Shown: positions 8,786-17,837 of the stretch, in pieces | Layout of the letters: each line of letters opens with the position of its first letter | Numbering within the stretch: position 1 is the first letter of the stretch | NCBI GenBank assembly: GCA_963731735.1 | Contig: CAVSWO010000002.1 | Span: 692,257-756,256 of the forward strand | DNA length: 64,000 bases | Direction of reading: 5' to 3' | Source of the DNA: Candidatus Kerfeldbacteria bacterium | GTDB lineage: Bacteria > Patescibacteriota > Patescibacteriia > SBBC01 > CAIJZX01 | Program-made: the position numbers and the translations under genes | Notes under the pieces: model-generated | What the model was told of the DNA's origin: nothing | Database searches by the model: none | What the model saw: the letters and a program-made list of their open reading frames with translations, nothing else

Positions 8786-9022
8786 GTGTACAACGCTATG
8801 TCATCCGACATACACATTACACATCGAGCCGATGGTTCTTGGGCGGTTATCCGTGAAGGCGCTGATCGAGCGTCGAGTCTTCATAAGAGTCAGGCGGAAG
8901 CAATCGGCGCTGGACAACAAATTGCCCGGAACAATCACTCGGAACTTGTAATTCACGACCAGGATAACCATATCCGAGAAGCGTTGAGCTACGGGAATGA
9001 TCCCTATCCGCCGAAGGGTTAA
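8786..9022 (+). CDS. DUF2188-family small protein
   Basis: GSWAVIREGADRASS..QAEAI..AR.IAR..HSELVIHDQDNHIREALSYGNDPYPPKG is the typical DUF2188 pattern. Low-GC codon usage. Alternative ATG start at 8798. Confidence 0.6.
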   Translation: MYNAMSSDIHITHRADGSWAVIREGADRASSLHKSQAEAIGAGQQIARNNHSELVIHDQDNHIREALSYGNDPYPPKG

Positions 9023-9032
9023 ATCGGTGAAA

Positions 9033-9056
9033 GCGGGGCCGCAATTGCGGCCCCGC
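9033..9056 (+). terminator. perfect 10-bp-stem hairpin (gcggggccgc-aatt-gcggccccgc) 10 nt after the DUF2188 stop; no U-tract
   Basis: Palindrome read directly from the sequence. Confidence 0.4.
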
Positions 9057-9088
9057 CACTACAAACTTATCAAGTAACTAACGAAAAT

Positions 9089-9502
9089 ATGTTATACAAC
9101 TTCTTTTTCTGGTGGTCTATATTTTCAACGATTATCTCTCTTGGGCTACTGTACTTTGGATTGTGGCAGTACTTGAAGGGCAAGAGCGATGTCGAAAAGA
9201 ACCGATCTCAAATTAAAGTGTGGATGAACGACGCGAATGGAATCAGTAATGGATTAAACAGGATTGTCATAGATAATCTTCAAAAAAGGTATAGTAGTAC
9301 CAATGATGTCTGTAACTCAGTTTGGGCAATTCATGCGGCCGCTTCCTCACTCTATCAGAGTCTTTATGAAGAACGCTGTGTAAGTGAAACTGAATATAAA
9401 GAACGCCAAAAACGCTTCTCAGATATAATCGAAAAACAGCAACTTGCATCAATTGACCAATCGCCTCAGGGTATTACGGCTCCAACTATTGAAGAAAAAT
9501 AG
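9089..9502 (+). CDS. hypothetical membrane protein (one N-terminal TM helix), AT-rich gene
   Basis: ORF only. Hydrophobic N-terminus FFWWSIFSTIISLGLLYFGLW. Low GC relative to flanking DNA. Confidence 0.35.
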   Translation: MLYNFFFWWSIFSTIISLGLLYFGLWQYLKGKSDVEKNRSQIKVWMNDANGISNGLNRIVIDNLQKRYSSTNDVCNSVWAIHAAASSLYQSLYEERCVSETEYKERQKRFSDIIEKQQLASIDQSPQGITAPTIEEK

Positions 9503-9721
9503 TTTATTACTCAATTAGCTACAACATAAACGTCGCCAATAATACAATGGTGGTCACCGTCGCCTTGAAGCGGCAGAGGTTGTAAAGTCCAAAAAAAATT
9601 TTTCCAAACAGGATTGACATAGTATGAAAAATATGCTAGCTTTCTGGCCTGAAAAACAGACATCGTTCTTACGATCTCCAATAACCGATACCACACCGTC
9701 GTTCCGACCAGGGGAGGTGAC

Positions 9722-10156
9722 ATGGCCGAAATTCTGATTAAGGTTCCGCATCGCTTTCCGATCACGGAAGCCTTGACTCGCGTTAAAGCAACACTCAAGC
9801 GCCTGCAGCGGGAGCATAGTCACGAACTGGACCATTTCCATGCAGAGTGGCGGCACAACACCTGTGCCATCAACTTTTCTTCCCACGGCATGGATATCCA
9901 CTGCCACATTGCCATTCAAACCGATCACGTATTGGTTAAGGGCGATGCGCCGTGGCTGGCCCGGGGGCAGGTCGAGGATTTGGTTCGAAACCTTTTGCAG
10001 GAAACCCTGCGAAATCCAAAGCCTACGTCGGTGAACAAATCACAGCGCCAGCCGCCTGCAGCGGAAAAAGTCTATGAAGATGATGACTTGCTTGATTTCT
10101 TCAACCCATTCAAGGTGCTCCAGGAAATGGGCAAAATGATATTCGGTGACTGGTAA
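9722..10156 (+). CDS. polyhydroxyalkanoic-acid-system (PHA granule region, TIGR02610-like) family protein
   Basis: Pattern IxIxxPHxx..EA..RV...L..L......W......F...G..G.I.I..DHVLV...L..L..A.RGQVEDLVRNLL matches this family. Strong RBS ggggaggtga 5 nt upstream of the ATG. Confidence 0.5.
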   Translation: MAEILIKVPHRFPITEALTRVKATLKRLQREHSHELDHFHAEWRHNTCAINFSSHGMDIHCHIAIQTDHVLVKGDAPWLARGQVEDLVRNLLQETLRNPKPTSVNKSQRQPPAAEKVYEDDDLLDFFNPFKVLQEMGKMIFGDW

Positions 10157-10172
10157 CGTTGGACTCGGGATA

Positions 10173-10208
10173 AACCGGGGGATTACACATGATCTCCCGG
10201 TTATTTTT
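10173..10208 (+). terminator. intrinsic terminator: 10-bp stem (aaccggggga / tctcccggtt) with 10-nt loop, followed by ttattttt
   Basis: Read directly. Lies 17 nt after the stop of 9722..10156. Confidence 0.6.
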
Positions 10209-10309
10209 AACTTCAAGACCTCAAGGCTGTCGTTCTACAGCGGCTGAAACTGTCTTGACCTTGAACCCCGACCTGAACCCCTGTACACTCTGGTTACTCC
10301 TTAGATTCT

Positions 10310-10807
10310 ATGATTTCACCACCAACACCGAAAAATGAAGTCGAGCGTTTACAGGCGCTTTGGGGCCTTCATTTACTTGATACCGCTCCGGAAGAGCGAT
10401 TTGACCGGTTAACCAAACAAGCGATCGAACGCCTGCATGTCCCAATTTCAACCGTGACGTTACTCGATCACGACCGCGAATGGTTCAAATCATGCCAGGG
10501 CTTAGCCGTAAAGGAACAACCGCGTACGATTTCGTTTTGCGCGCATGCGGTCGAAGTCAACGAACTTATGATAATTGAAGATACGCTCAAAGATTCGCGG
10601 TTTGCCGATAATCCGCAAGTTGTGAATGCACCGCATATCCGATTTTATGCCGGTGTACCGCTCCGGGATTGGAAAACCAAACAGACGGTGGGGGTTTTTT
10701 GTATTAAAGATACGAAGCCGCGTAAGCTCGAAGCGGAGGAAATGGCCATCCTCTTTGATTTAGCACGGCAGGCCGAAGAAGAGATACAAATCAAACCCGG
10801 CCAGTAA
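10310..10807 (+). CDS. GAF domain-containing protein
   Basis: GAF-like core (..FCAHAV..EDT..D.RFADNP.V.....IRFYAGVPL...). Confidence 0.6.
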   Translation: MISPPTPKNEVERLQALWGLHLLDTAPEERFDRLTKQAIERLHVPISTVTLLDHDREWFKSCQGLAVKEQPRTISFCAHAVEVNELMIIEDTLKDSRFADNPQVVNAPHIRFYAGVPLRDWKTKQTVGVFCIKDTKPRKLEAEEMAILFDLARQAEEEIQIKPGQ

Positions 10808-10873
10808 CCGTCGCGATCCGTCATGCAGAATTCGCGAATCCACCAATCTGACCATTTGTGCTAGGCTTAATCC

Positions 10874-11524
10874 ATGTGCGGCGCATTTTCTATCCGACTC
10901 AGTCCCTCGGAAGTTTTCTTTGTTAAAGACGCGGGTTCGTATAAACATTGGATACCGATGTATAACGCCCGACCCGGGGAGCGGTTACCGATCGTGACCC
11001 AGACCGATCCGCAGAAACTCGTGTCGGCCTGGTGGGGGTTTGTTCCGCACTGGATGGATCCGAAACGGGGGAGAGCGGTCATCAATGCCCGCGGGGAAAC
11101 GCTAACCTCCAAGCCGTATTTTCGTCAGGCGATTAAATCCCAACGCTGCGTCATCCCGGCCGACGGATTTTACGAATGGGAAAAGGGAGGGAAATCGAAA
11201 ATTCCCTATTTTTTTCACCGTCGCGATGACAAACCATTCGCCTTCGCCGGCATCTATGACGCGCTCCCGGGCCAACCTAACCACTACGGCTTCGCGATCA
11301 TTACGACCACTCCAAACAAGACAGTCGGCCGCGTTCATGATCGCATGCCGGCCATGCTACCGGATGATCAGGTGGATGATTGGCTGAATCCCGAAGCCAC
11401 GGCCGACCAGGCCGAAAAACTGATTCGTCCCTACCCGGATTCACTGATGACGTCCTACGAAGTTTCCCGAGCGGTCAATTACGCCAAAAACAAAGGTCCG
11501 GAAGTGGCGGAGCCGATAGAGTAG
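10874..11524 (+). CDS. SOS response-associated peptidase (SRAP/YedK family, abasic-site processing protein)
   Basis: N-terminal MCGAF with catalytic Cys2. SRAP-like length and motifs (WGFVPHW, PADGFYEW). Confidence 0.85.
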   Translation: MCGAFSIRLSPSEVFFVKDAGSYKHWIPMYNARPGERLPIVTQTDPQKLVSAWWGFVPHWMDPKRGRAVINARGETLTSKPYFRQAIKSQRCVIPADGFYEWEKGGKSKIPYFFHRRDDKPFAFAGIYDALPGQPNHYGFAIITTTPNKTVGRVHDRMPAMLPDDQVDDWLNPEATADQAEKLIRPYPDSLMTSYEVSRAVNYAKNKGPEVAEPIE

Positions 11525-11641
11525 TCAAAAAACGACCGGTTTTTCTAATCCCAAAGTCCCCAAGGCCGTCGGCCTGAAGGAGCAGAAGTTGTGAATAAAA
11601 ACCAGAGGTATAAAACGAGATTTGTGCTATATTGAGAATGT

Positions 11642-12556
11642 ATGGCTGAAACGGTTGTCAGTATTAAGAACTTCTCGAAAACCTTTGGAAATAACCAGGT
11701 CGTGAAGGACCTGTCGTTTGACGTTCACCAGGGAGAAACCTTCGCCTTTTTAGGAGCGAACGGTTCGGGTAAGACCACCACGGTTCGCTGCCTGCTTGAT
11801 ATTCTTGAACCGACCAGCGGCGAATTGTCGATCCTTGGCCAAAAGTATTCAGTCGCGTTAGCGAAAAAAGTTGGCTACCTGCCGGAGGAACGGGGACTGT
11901 ATGTTGATTCGAATGTGCTGGAAACGATGGTGTACTTCGGGACACTGAAAGGCGTGCCGGCCGAGCAGGCGACCGCCTGGTCGGTCAGCTACCTGGAACG
12001 CGTCGGCTTGCCGCACGTCCAAGAGCAGAAGATCAAAACCCTGTCGTCGGGACAACAGCAAAAGATCCAACTCGGCATTACAATTATTAATCAGCCGTCG
12101 CTGCTGATTCTCGATGAACCGACCAAGGGCCTTGATCCGGTCAACCGCGAATTGCTCATGGAAACCCTGGACGAGTTACGTCGGGGCGGCGCCACGATTA
12201 TTTTCATTACCCACCAGATGGATGAAGTCGAGAAACTAGCCGACCGGTTAGTCATGATTAAAAATGGCCGACGGGTGCTGTATGGCGGCGTTCAGGAAGT
12301 CCGGGAAGGCTTCGGCGAACGTCGGGTTCATGTCGAGTTTGAGGGCGACTTCCCAGCTAATGAAAAACTGTACCGCGTGGTGACGGCCGAGAATAACTTG
12401 GCCGAGCTTGTACCGAATGACGGCGTTCGGGCGCCTGAAATTTTTACCTACCTGGCCGGTACGAATATTCAAGTCACGAAATTTGAGCGGGCCTTGCCCT
12501 CGCTGCAGGAAATGTTCGTGGCGATTCAGAACCGTTCGGATCAGGAAACCGCCTAA
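11642..12556 (+). CDS. ABC transporter ATP-binding protein (ABC-2 type)
   Basis: Walker A GANGSGKTT, signature LSSGQQQK, Walker B LLILDEPT. Confidence 0.9.
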   Translation: MAETVVSIKNFSKTFGNNQVVKDLSFDVHQGETFAFLGANGSGKTTTVRCLLDILEPTSGELSILGQKYSVALAKKVGYLPEERGLYVDSNVLETMVYFGTLKGVPAEQATAWSVSYLERVGLPHVQEQKIKTLSSGQQQKIQLGITIINQPSLLILDEPTKGLDPVNRELLMETLDELRRGGATIIFITHQMDEVEKLADRLVMIKNGRRVLYGGVQEVREGFGERRVHVEFEGDFPANEKLYRVVTAENNLAELVPNDGVRAPEIFTYLAGTNIQVTKFERALPSLQEMFVAIQNRSDQETA

Positions 12557-12561
12557 CCCAT

Positions 12562-13830
12562 ATGTTACGCAATCTCCTTAAACTCATCGTCCGAAAATTT
12601 TCAACCGGTGGGACGAACAACCCGTTACTGCTGATCGCGCAGCGGGAATATTGGAAAGTGATCCGGAAGAAATCGTTCTGGGTGCTGATTCTGCTCCTGC
12701 CGACGTTCTATATTGTCGTGTCCATTATTTCCGGGTCCTCGGCCAGCACGGTCGAGAAGAAAATTGCCGAACAGGCCAAAGGCGCCAAACGAATTATTAT
12801 CGTCGACCAATCGGGGCTGATCGCGCCGGCGTTGATGCAGCCGCCACTCGAACCGGGGATCGACGCGCAGGCGGCCCAACAAGCGGTGCAACAGGATAAG
12901 GCCGACGCGGCCATTATCTATCCAGCCGACCTGGCTAAGGACCAAACTATTCGGGTGTTCGCCGTTGACACCGGCATTATCAGCCGCGGCCGGTTCGACG
13001 CAATCGGCCAGACCCTGCTCAAGCAAAGCATCCTCGCGACCCTACCGAATCCGGCCGACGCAGGCCTGGTCGCCCAACCGCCGAAAGTCCAAACGACCAT
13101 TTACGCCAACGGCCAAAAGATTGTGACTTCAATTGAAGCCTACATCCTGCCGATTGTGGCGGTGGTGATTTACTTCTTGCTGACCATCACCTCGGTCAGC
13201 TATATGCTGATGGCGATTGCCGAAGAAAAAGAGAACCGGATGATCGAAACTATCCGCTCGATGGTGACGCCGAAACAGTTGATCTGGGGGAAGCTGTTGG
13301 CTATGGTTGGCCTAGCCTTTACCCAGCTGGTGATCCTGGCTATCTATGGAATCATCGCCTATAACGTCTCATCAAAAATCTTGCCGATTAGCATAAACTG
13401 GTCGCTGGTCGACATCGGCGTCTGGCAGGCGATCCTGACCGGATTTTTCATTGTCGGCGGGTTTACCTTCATGGCTTCGCTGATGGTCGGCATCGGGGCG
13501 GCCATGCCGAGCTATCGCGACGCGCAGCAAGCTTCGCCGTTGTTCATTATTACCTCCATTCTCCCGATCTACTTTGCCACCGTACTGCTGGCGGATCCAA
13601 GCGGCATGGTCGCGAAAATTACCAGCTACGTACCGTTAATGTCGCCGCTCGTCCTGACTTTCCGGGCCTCGGTTGGGGCCCTACCGATTTGGGAACAGTT
13701 TTTGGGGATTGCGGCGACTGTGATCTATGTCGCTATCGGCTTGTATCTGGCCTTCAAATTATTTGAACTCGGCAGCCTGGAAACCAGCAAAAAGGTAAAT
13801 ATCAAGAGCTTGCTTCGACGATCGTTATAG
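12562..13830 (+). CDS. ABC-2 family transporter permease
   Basis: N-terminal TM helix, large extracytoplasmic loop, then five TM helices. Adjacent to the ATPase gene. Confidence 0.75.
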   Translation: MLRNLLKLIVRKFSTGGTNNPLLLIAQREYWKVIRKKSFWVLILLLPTFYIVVSIISGSSASTVEKKIAEQAKGAKRIIIVDQSGLIAPALMQPPLEPGIDAQAAQQAVQQDKADAAIIYPADLAKDQTIRVFAVDTGIISRGRFDAIGQTLLKQSILATLPNPADAGLVAQPPKVQTTIYANGQKIVTSIEAYILPIVAVVIYFLLTITSVSYMLMAIAEEKENRMIETIRSMVTPKQLIWGKLLAMVGLAFTQLVILAIYGIIAYNVSSKILPISINWSLVDIGVWQAILTGFFIVGGFTFMASLMVGIGAAMPSYRDAQQASPLFIITSILPIYFATVLLADPSGMVAKITSYVPLMSPLVLTFRASVGALPIWEQFLGIAATVIYVAIGLYLAFKLFELGSLETSKKVNIKSLLRRSL

Positions 13831-13884
13831 CGACGCTGAGAGCCACGCAGTGGGCCTCAGAGAAGAACATGGTATACTTTTTGT

Positions 13885-14382
13885 ATGCAATATCAATATT
13901 GTCCGAAATGCGGATATCATTATGCCCATAGGCAAGCGGATGTACACGCCCTGAAGTGCGATAATTGTGGATTTACCTTCTATCTGAATTCAAAGCCGAC
14001 CGCGAGCGTGCTTGTTGTTCAGAATGATAAGTTGCTTTTAGGGAAAAGACGTATTGAGCCGTCGAAAGGAAAGTGGGATGTGATTGGTGGATTTTTAAAT
14101 TTTGGAGAAGATCCGGTCGATGGCGCGAAGCGAGAAGTTGAGGAGGAAACGGGCCTGAAAATTATACCAAAATCGATTATCGGAATCTTTATGGATATTT
14201 ACGGCCCGGACGGCGACGCAACGCTCAATATTTGTTATTTGGGAGAAGTCATTGGGGGCGATCTGAAGGCCAACGATGACATAGAGTCATTACAATGGTT
14301 TGCGAAAGATGAAATACCTAATGAAATTGCTTTTCAGAATGGCAGGGATATGATCGATGTATGGATGAAAAGTAGCATTTAA
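13885..14382 (+). CDS. NUDIX hydrolase with N-terminal zinc ribbon
   Basis: CPKCGYHY..CDNCGF zinc ribbon plus Nudix box GGFLNFGEDPVDGAKREVEEETGL. AT-rich gene. TGgTATACT lies 6 nt upstream of the ATG. Confidence 0.85.
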   Translation: MQYQYCPKCGYHYAHRQADVHALKCDNCGFTFYLNSKPTASVLVVQNDKLLLGKRRIEPSKGKWDVIGGFLNFGEDPVDGAKREVEEETGLKIIPKSIIGIFMDIYGPDGDATLNICYLGEVIGGDLKANDDIESLQWFAKDEIPNEIAFQNGRDMIDVWMKSSI

Positions 14383-14396
14383 GATCTTGCCTGAAT

Positions 14397-14936
14397 ATGA
14401 ATAATAGAAAAGTAGTATTAAAGTTGGGGGACATTGTTATTCGAAAGTATCAGATGAGCGATCTTATCCCGTTGGCCGAACAATTTTCTCATCCTCAAAT
14501 CCTGAAGAATATTCGAGGTGTAAAGAGTACCTACACCAAGAAAGATGCTCGAGAATTTTTGAAGAAATCCATGAGAAAAAAGATGGCCTCGAGGAGCAGT
14601 ATCGGATATCGGCTCGAATACGCAATTGATATTCGTGGGAAATTTGCTGGAGGTATTGGAGTAACGCTCGATGGCCAGAAGGCAGAGATTGGATACTGGA
14701 TTGGAAGCAATTGGTGGAATCAGGGTTACATGACTAAGATAATTCGGAGTTTTTCCAGATATGTGCTGAAGAAATACAAAATTCAAAGAATTTTTGCTTG
14801 TGTTTTTCCGTTTAACAAAGCTTCGGCGAGAGTTTTAAGAAAAAGCGGATTTCAATTTGAAGGAAGGCTTCGAAAAAATTATCGAGCGGGAAAAAAATAC
14901 CTGGATATTCTTATGTTTTCAAAGATAGCAACTTGA
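14397..14936 (+). CDS. GNAT family N-acetyltransferase (RimJ/RimL-like)
   Basis: GNAT fold motifs (acetyl-CoA-binding region ..ARVLRKSGFQFEG..). AT-rich gene. Confidence 0.7.
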   Translation: MNNRKVVLKLGDIVIRKYQMSDLIPLAEQFSHPQILKNIRGVKSTYTKKDAREFLKKSMRKKMASRSSIGYRLEYAIDIRGKFAGGIGVTLDGQKAEIGYWIGSNWWNQGYMTKIIRSFSRYVLKKYKIQRIFACVFPFNKASARVLRKSGFQFEGRLRKNYRAGKKYLDILMFSKIAT

Positions 14937-15619
14937 ACATTCGCCTTCATAAATTCATCGCCAGTACCGGCGTGGCTTCCCGTCGGAAAGCCGAAGAATT
15001 GATCGCGGCCGGGAAAGTAACCGTCAATGGCGAGGTGGTCACCCAGCTGGGTGTTAGTATTGATCCGAGTCGTGACGAGGTAACGGTCAACCATCAGCGA
15101 TTACAATCAATTGGCACGTTTCGATACCTGGCGCTGAATAAACCGGAGGGTATCATCTGTACGCGCGCCCAACATAAACGCGAGCGGACTGTTTACGACA
15201 TCGTACCGAAGAGCCGAAACTTGGTCATTGCGGGTCGGCTCGATAAAGATTCGGAGGGACTGGTCTTGTTAACGAACGACGGCGCCCTCACCAATCGCCT
15301 GACCCATCCGCGCTATGGTCACCAAAAAGAATATATGGTCTCGACTGCTCATCCGTTGAACGCGGACATGCTCAATCGCTTACGGCGCGGTTTGAAATTT
15401 CCCGAGGGCAAGGCGCGAGTCGATGAGATCAGCGAAGTCGGCACTCAAACCTATCGGGTCATTTTACACCAGGGATGGAAGCGCCAAATCCGGCGGATGC
15501 TGAGTCGGGTCGGTTCCGATGTTACGCGTCTAACCCGGGTGCGGATCGAAAAGTTAACCCTTGGCGAGCTGAATCCAGGGGAGTGGCGTGAAGTCAACCG
15601 GGCCGATATCGTCGGCTAG
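14933..15619 (+). CDS. rRNA pseudouridine synthase (RsuA/RluB family, S4 domain)
   Basis: S4 RNA-binding N-terminus (RLHKFIASTGVASRRKAEELI) and catalytic motif RLDKDSEGLVLLTNDG. Confidence 0.85.
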   Translation: MNIRLHKFIASTGVASRRKAEELIAAGKVTVNGEVVTQLGVSIDPSRDEVTVNHQRLQSIGTFRYLALNKPEGIICTRAQHKRERTVYDIVPKSRNLVIAGRLDKDSEGLVLLTNDGALTNRLTHPRYGHQKEYMVSTAHPLNADMLNRLRRGLKFPEGKARVDEISEVGTQTYRVILHQGWKRQIRRMLSRVGSDVTRLTRVRIEKLTLGELNPGEWREVNRADIVG

Positions 15620-15651
15620 GCCAAAGCTGGCCGGTGTGCTAGGCTGGGGCT

Positions 15652-16050
15652 ATGGATGAGGCAGAAGCCAAGCAAAAACTCACTCCCGAGCAATATAACG
15701 TCTGTTTCCTGAAGGGCACCGAACCGCCCGGCAGCGGTAAGTTTTTGCATACCAAAGCCGCCGGAAAGTATGTCTGCGTGGTCTGCGGACAGGAACTCTT
15801 CAAGTCGGACACTAAGTTCGATTCGAAAACCGGCTGGCCGAGTTTCTGGGATCCGGCCGCCGACGCGAACGTCAAAACACAGGATGATTTTGAACTCGGC
15901 ATGCGCCGGACGGAAGTTTTGTGCTCGCGCTGCGGTTCACACCTCGGGCATGTGTTTGACGACGGACCGCCACCAACCGGCAAACGCTATTGTATCAACT
16001 CTTTGGCACTGGATTTTCAACCGAAGGGGGAACCGGATGACGGAAGCTGA
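15652..16050 (+). CDS. msrB: peptide-methionine (R)-S-oxide reductase
   Basis: Two CxxC pairs (CVVCGQ, CSRCGSH) and the GWPSF and HLGHVFDDGP motifs. Confidence 0.9.
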   Translation: MDEAEAKQKLTPEQYNVCFLKGTEPPGSGKFLHTKAAGKYVCVVCGQELFKSDTKFDSKTGWPSFWDPAADANVKTQDDFELGMRRTEVLCSRCGSHLGHVFDDGPPPTGKRYCINSLALDFQPKGEPDDGS

Positions 16051-16303
16051 GGGTCGAGAACTTTTTCGCCGCGAAGGATTTACCAAAATCAATTCCTGGT
16101 TTGAATCTCCCGAGACGGAGTACGGAGAGCACACCCATTCGCATGACAGCACCTATCTCGTGATCGAAGGCAGCATGACGGTCGGCAGCGATAGCAAAAT
16201 GCAGGTATATCATCCCGGTGATCGGTTTTCGATTGAAGCGAATAAACCGCATACGACTACTTTCGGTCCGGAGGGGTGTTTGTATTTAATCGGGGAAAAA
16301 TAA
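16037..16303 (+). CDS. cupin domain protein (88 aa)
   Basis: Cupin His cluster (EHTHSHDSTYLVIEG..PGD...E...PH). Start overlaps the msrB end by 14 nt. Confidence 0.6.
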   Translation: MTEAEGRELFRREGFTKINSWFESPETEYGEHTHSHDSTYLVIEGSMTVGSDSKMQVYHPGDRFSIEANKPHTTTFGPEGCLYLIGEK

Positions 16304-16536
16304 TGAAAAAACTCAAACCGCTGCCGCGTATCCACCTCGGTCGATACGTGCATTACAAAGGACATCACTATCGGGTACTAGGCATTGTTCGACACAGTGA
16401 AACGCTTGAGCCAATGGTGCTTTACGAACGATTAGGATCGCGGCCATCACGTTGGGTTCGACCATACACAATGTTTACGGGCACGGTCACCGTTCGAGGG
16501 AAACGCCAACCACGTTTTCAATTTATCCATCGCTAA
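16303..16536 (+). CDS. DUF1653 domain protein
   Basis: YVHYKGHHYRVLGIVRHSETLEPMVLYERL...WVRPYTMF is the DUF1653 pattern. TAATG overlaps at both ends. Confidence 0.65.
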   Translation: MKKLKPLPRIHLGRYVHYKGHHYRVLGIVRHSETLEPMVLYERLGSRPSRWVRPYTMFTGTVTVRGKRQPRFQFIHR

Positions 16537-17669
16537 TGCAATTCACCGTCACCAAGCGCTCCGGCCGGAGCCGCGCGCGATTAGGACTTTTGCAAACGTC
16601 CCACGGGGTGGTCGAAACGCCGGCCATCGTTCCGGTCGCTACCCAGGCGACCGTCAAAACCTTGACCATTGACCAGGTCTTGGCCAGTGGCACCCAACTC
16701 CTGATTGCCAATACCTTTCATCTTCACCTGAAGCCGGGAGAGCAATTCGTCAAAAAAGCCGGCGGTCTGCACAAATTTATGCGGTGGCCGAAACCGTTGA
16801 TGACCGATTCGGCCGGTTTTCAGGTCTTCAGCCTCGGCTTTGGCCGCGATTTGGGGTTAGGGAAAATCGTCAAATGGGACGGCGGCCAACGGGTAAAGCA
16901 AGGGAGTCAGCCGCAACATCTAAAAATTACCGATCGTGGTGTACACTTTCGTTCCCCAGTGGATGGCCGCCAACTGTTTATCGGACCGAAAGAATCGATT
17001 ACCATTCAAGCGGCGCTGGGCGCGGATATTGTTCTCGCCTTCGACGAGTGCCCACCGCCGGTGGCCAGCAAGGCTTACGTCAAAGCCTCGCTGGTGCGGA
17101 CGCATGCCTGGGCCGAGCAGTGCCTCAAGGCGCACACATCCAAACAAGCACTGTACGGCATTGTTCAGGGCGGAAAGTTTAAAGATCTCCGCCAGCAGAG
17201 CGCAGATTTTATTGGCGGCTTACCCTTTTCCGGATTTGCGATTGGTGGAGAGTTTGGCAGCGATAAAAAAACCATGGCCAGGATGGTCGGCTGGGTGAAT
17301 GATGTTTTACCGGACACCAAGCCGCGCCACTTGCTCGGGATCGGCCATCCTGAGGATATTCCGCACATTATCAAAGCCGGCGTGGATACGTTTGATTGTA
17401 TCGTGCCGACGCACTATGCGCGGCACGGCACCGCCTTCATCAGCACCGGCCGGCTGGATGTGACCAAGCAAGTGCTGCTGAACGACCGCAAACCGCTCGA
17501 TCCAATGTGCGCGTGCACGGTCTGCGCCACATATACGCGGAGTTATATTTCCCACCTGTTTCGGGCCAAAGAGATTCTCGGGATGGTGCTGGTGACGCAA
17601 CATAACTTATGGTATTTCAACACCTTGGTTGAACAGTATCGCAAACTGATCAAGCAGGGGAAGTTGTGA
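16536..17669 (+). CDS. tgt: queuine tRNA-ribosyltransferase
   Basis: Catalytic D in LAFDE, zinc site CACTVCATYTRSYISHL. The ORF-track start 16452 is upstream; MQFTVTKRSG at 16536 matches the canonical Tgt start. Confidence 0.9.
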   Translation: MQFTVTKRSGRSRARLGLLQTSHGVVETPAIVPVATQATVKTLTIDQVLASGTQLLIANTFHLHLKPGEQFVKKAGGLHKFMRWPKPLMTDSAGFQVFSLGFGRDLGLGKIVKWDGGQRVKQGSQPQHLKITDRGVHFRSPVDGRQLFIGPKESITIQAALGADIVLAFDECPPPVASKAYVKASLVRTHAWAEQCLKAHTSKQALYGIVQGGKFKDLRQQSADFIGGLPFSGFAIGGEFGSDKKTMARMVGWVNDVLPDTKPRHLLGIGHPEDIPHIIKAGVDTFDCIVPTHYARHGTAFISTGRLDVTKQVLLNDRKPLDPMCACTVCATYTRSYISHLFRAKEILGMVLVTQHNLWYFNTLVEQYRKLIKQGKL

Positions 17670-17694
17670 TAATTGTCCTCGGGCCGGACGGGCC

Positions 17695-17726
17695 GGTACT
17701 TTTTCTGCTTGACCAGAAAAAGTACC
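17695..17726. repeat. 32-nt palindrome (ggtactttttctg-cttgac-cagaaaaagtacc) 26 nt after the tgt stop; a long-range hairpin follows at 17740-17802
   Basis: 13-bp perfect inverted repeat read directly. Probable transcription stop or operator element between tgt and queA. Confidence 0.5.
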
Positions 17727-17837
17727 CAAAAAGACTCAAGCGCCCGCTCAAACTCGCGCGTAAAAATTTAACACCCAGTGCGCTCAAACAGTGAGCGGGC
17801 GCAAAGGTTAGTGGTAAACAACATATGTATGTAGGTT

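Noticed and set aside
17730-17837. preQ1 riboswitch upstream of queA
   Set aside because: The A-rich segment (gcgcgtaaaaatttaacaccc) does not match the preQ1-I consensus stem or the CCC...UAAAAAACUA arrangement, and queA/tgt are not typical preQ1-riboswitch targets.
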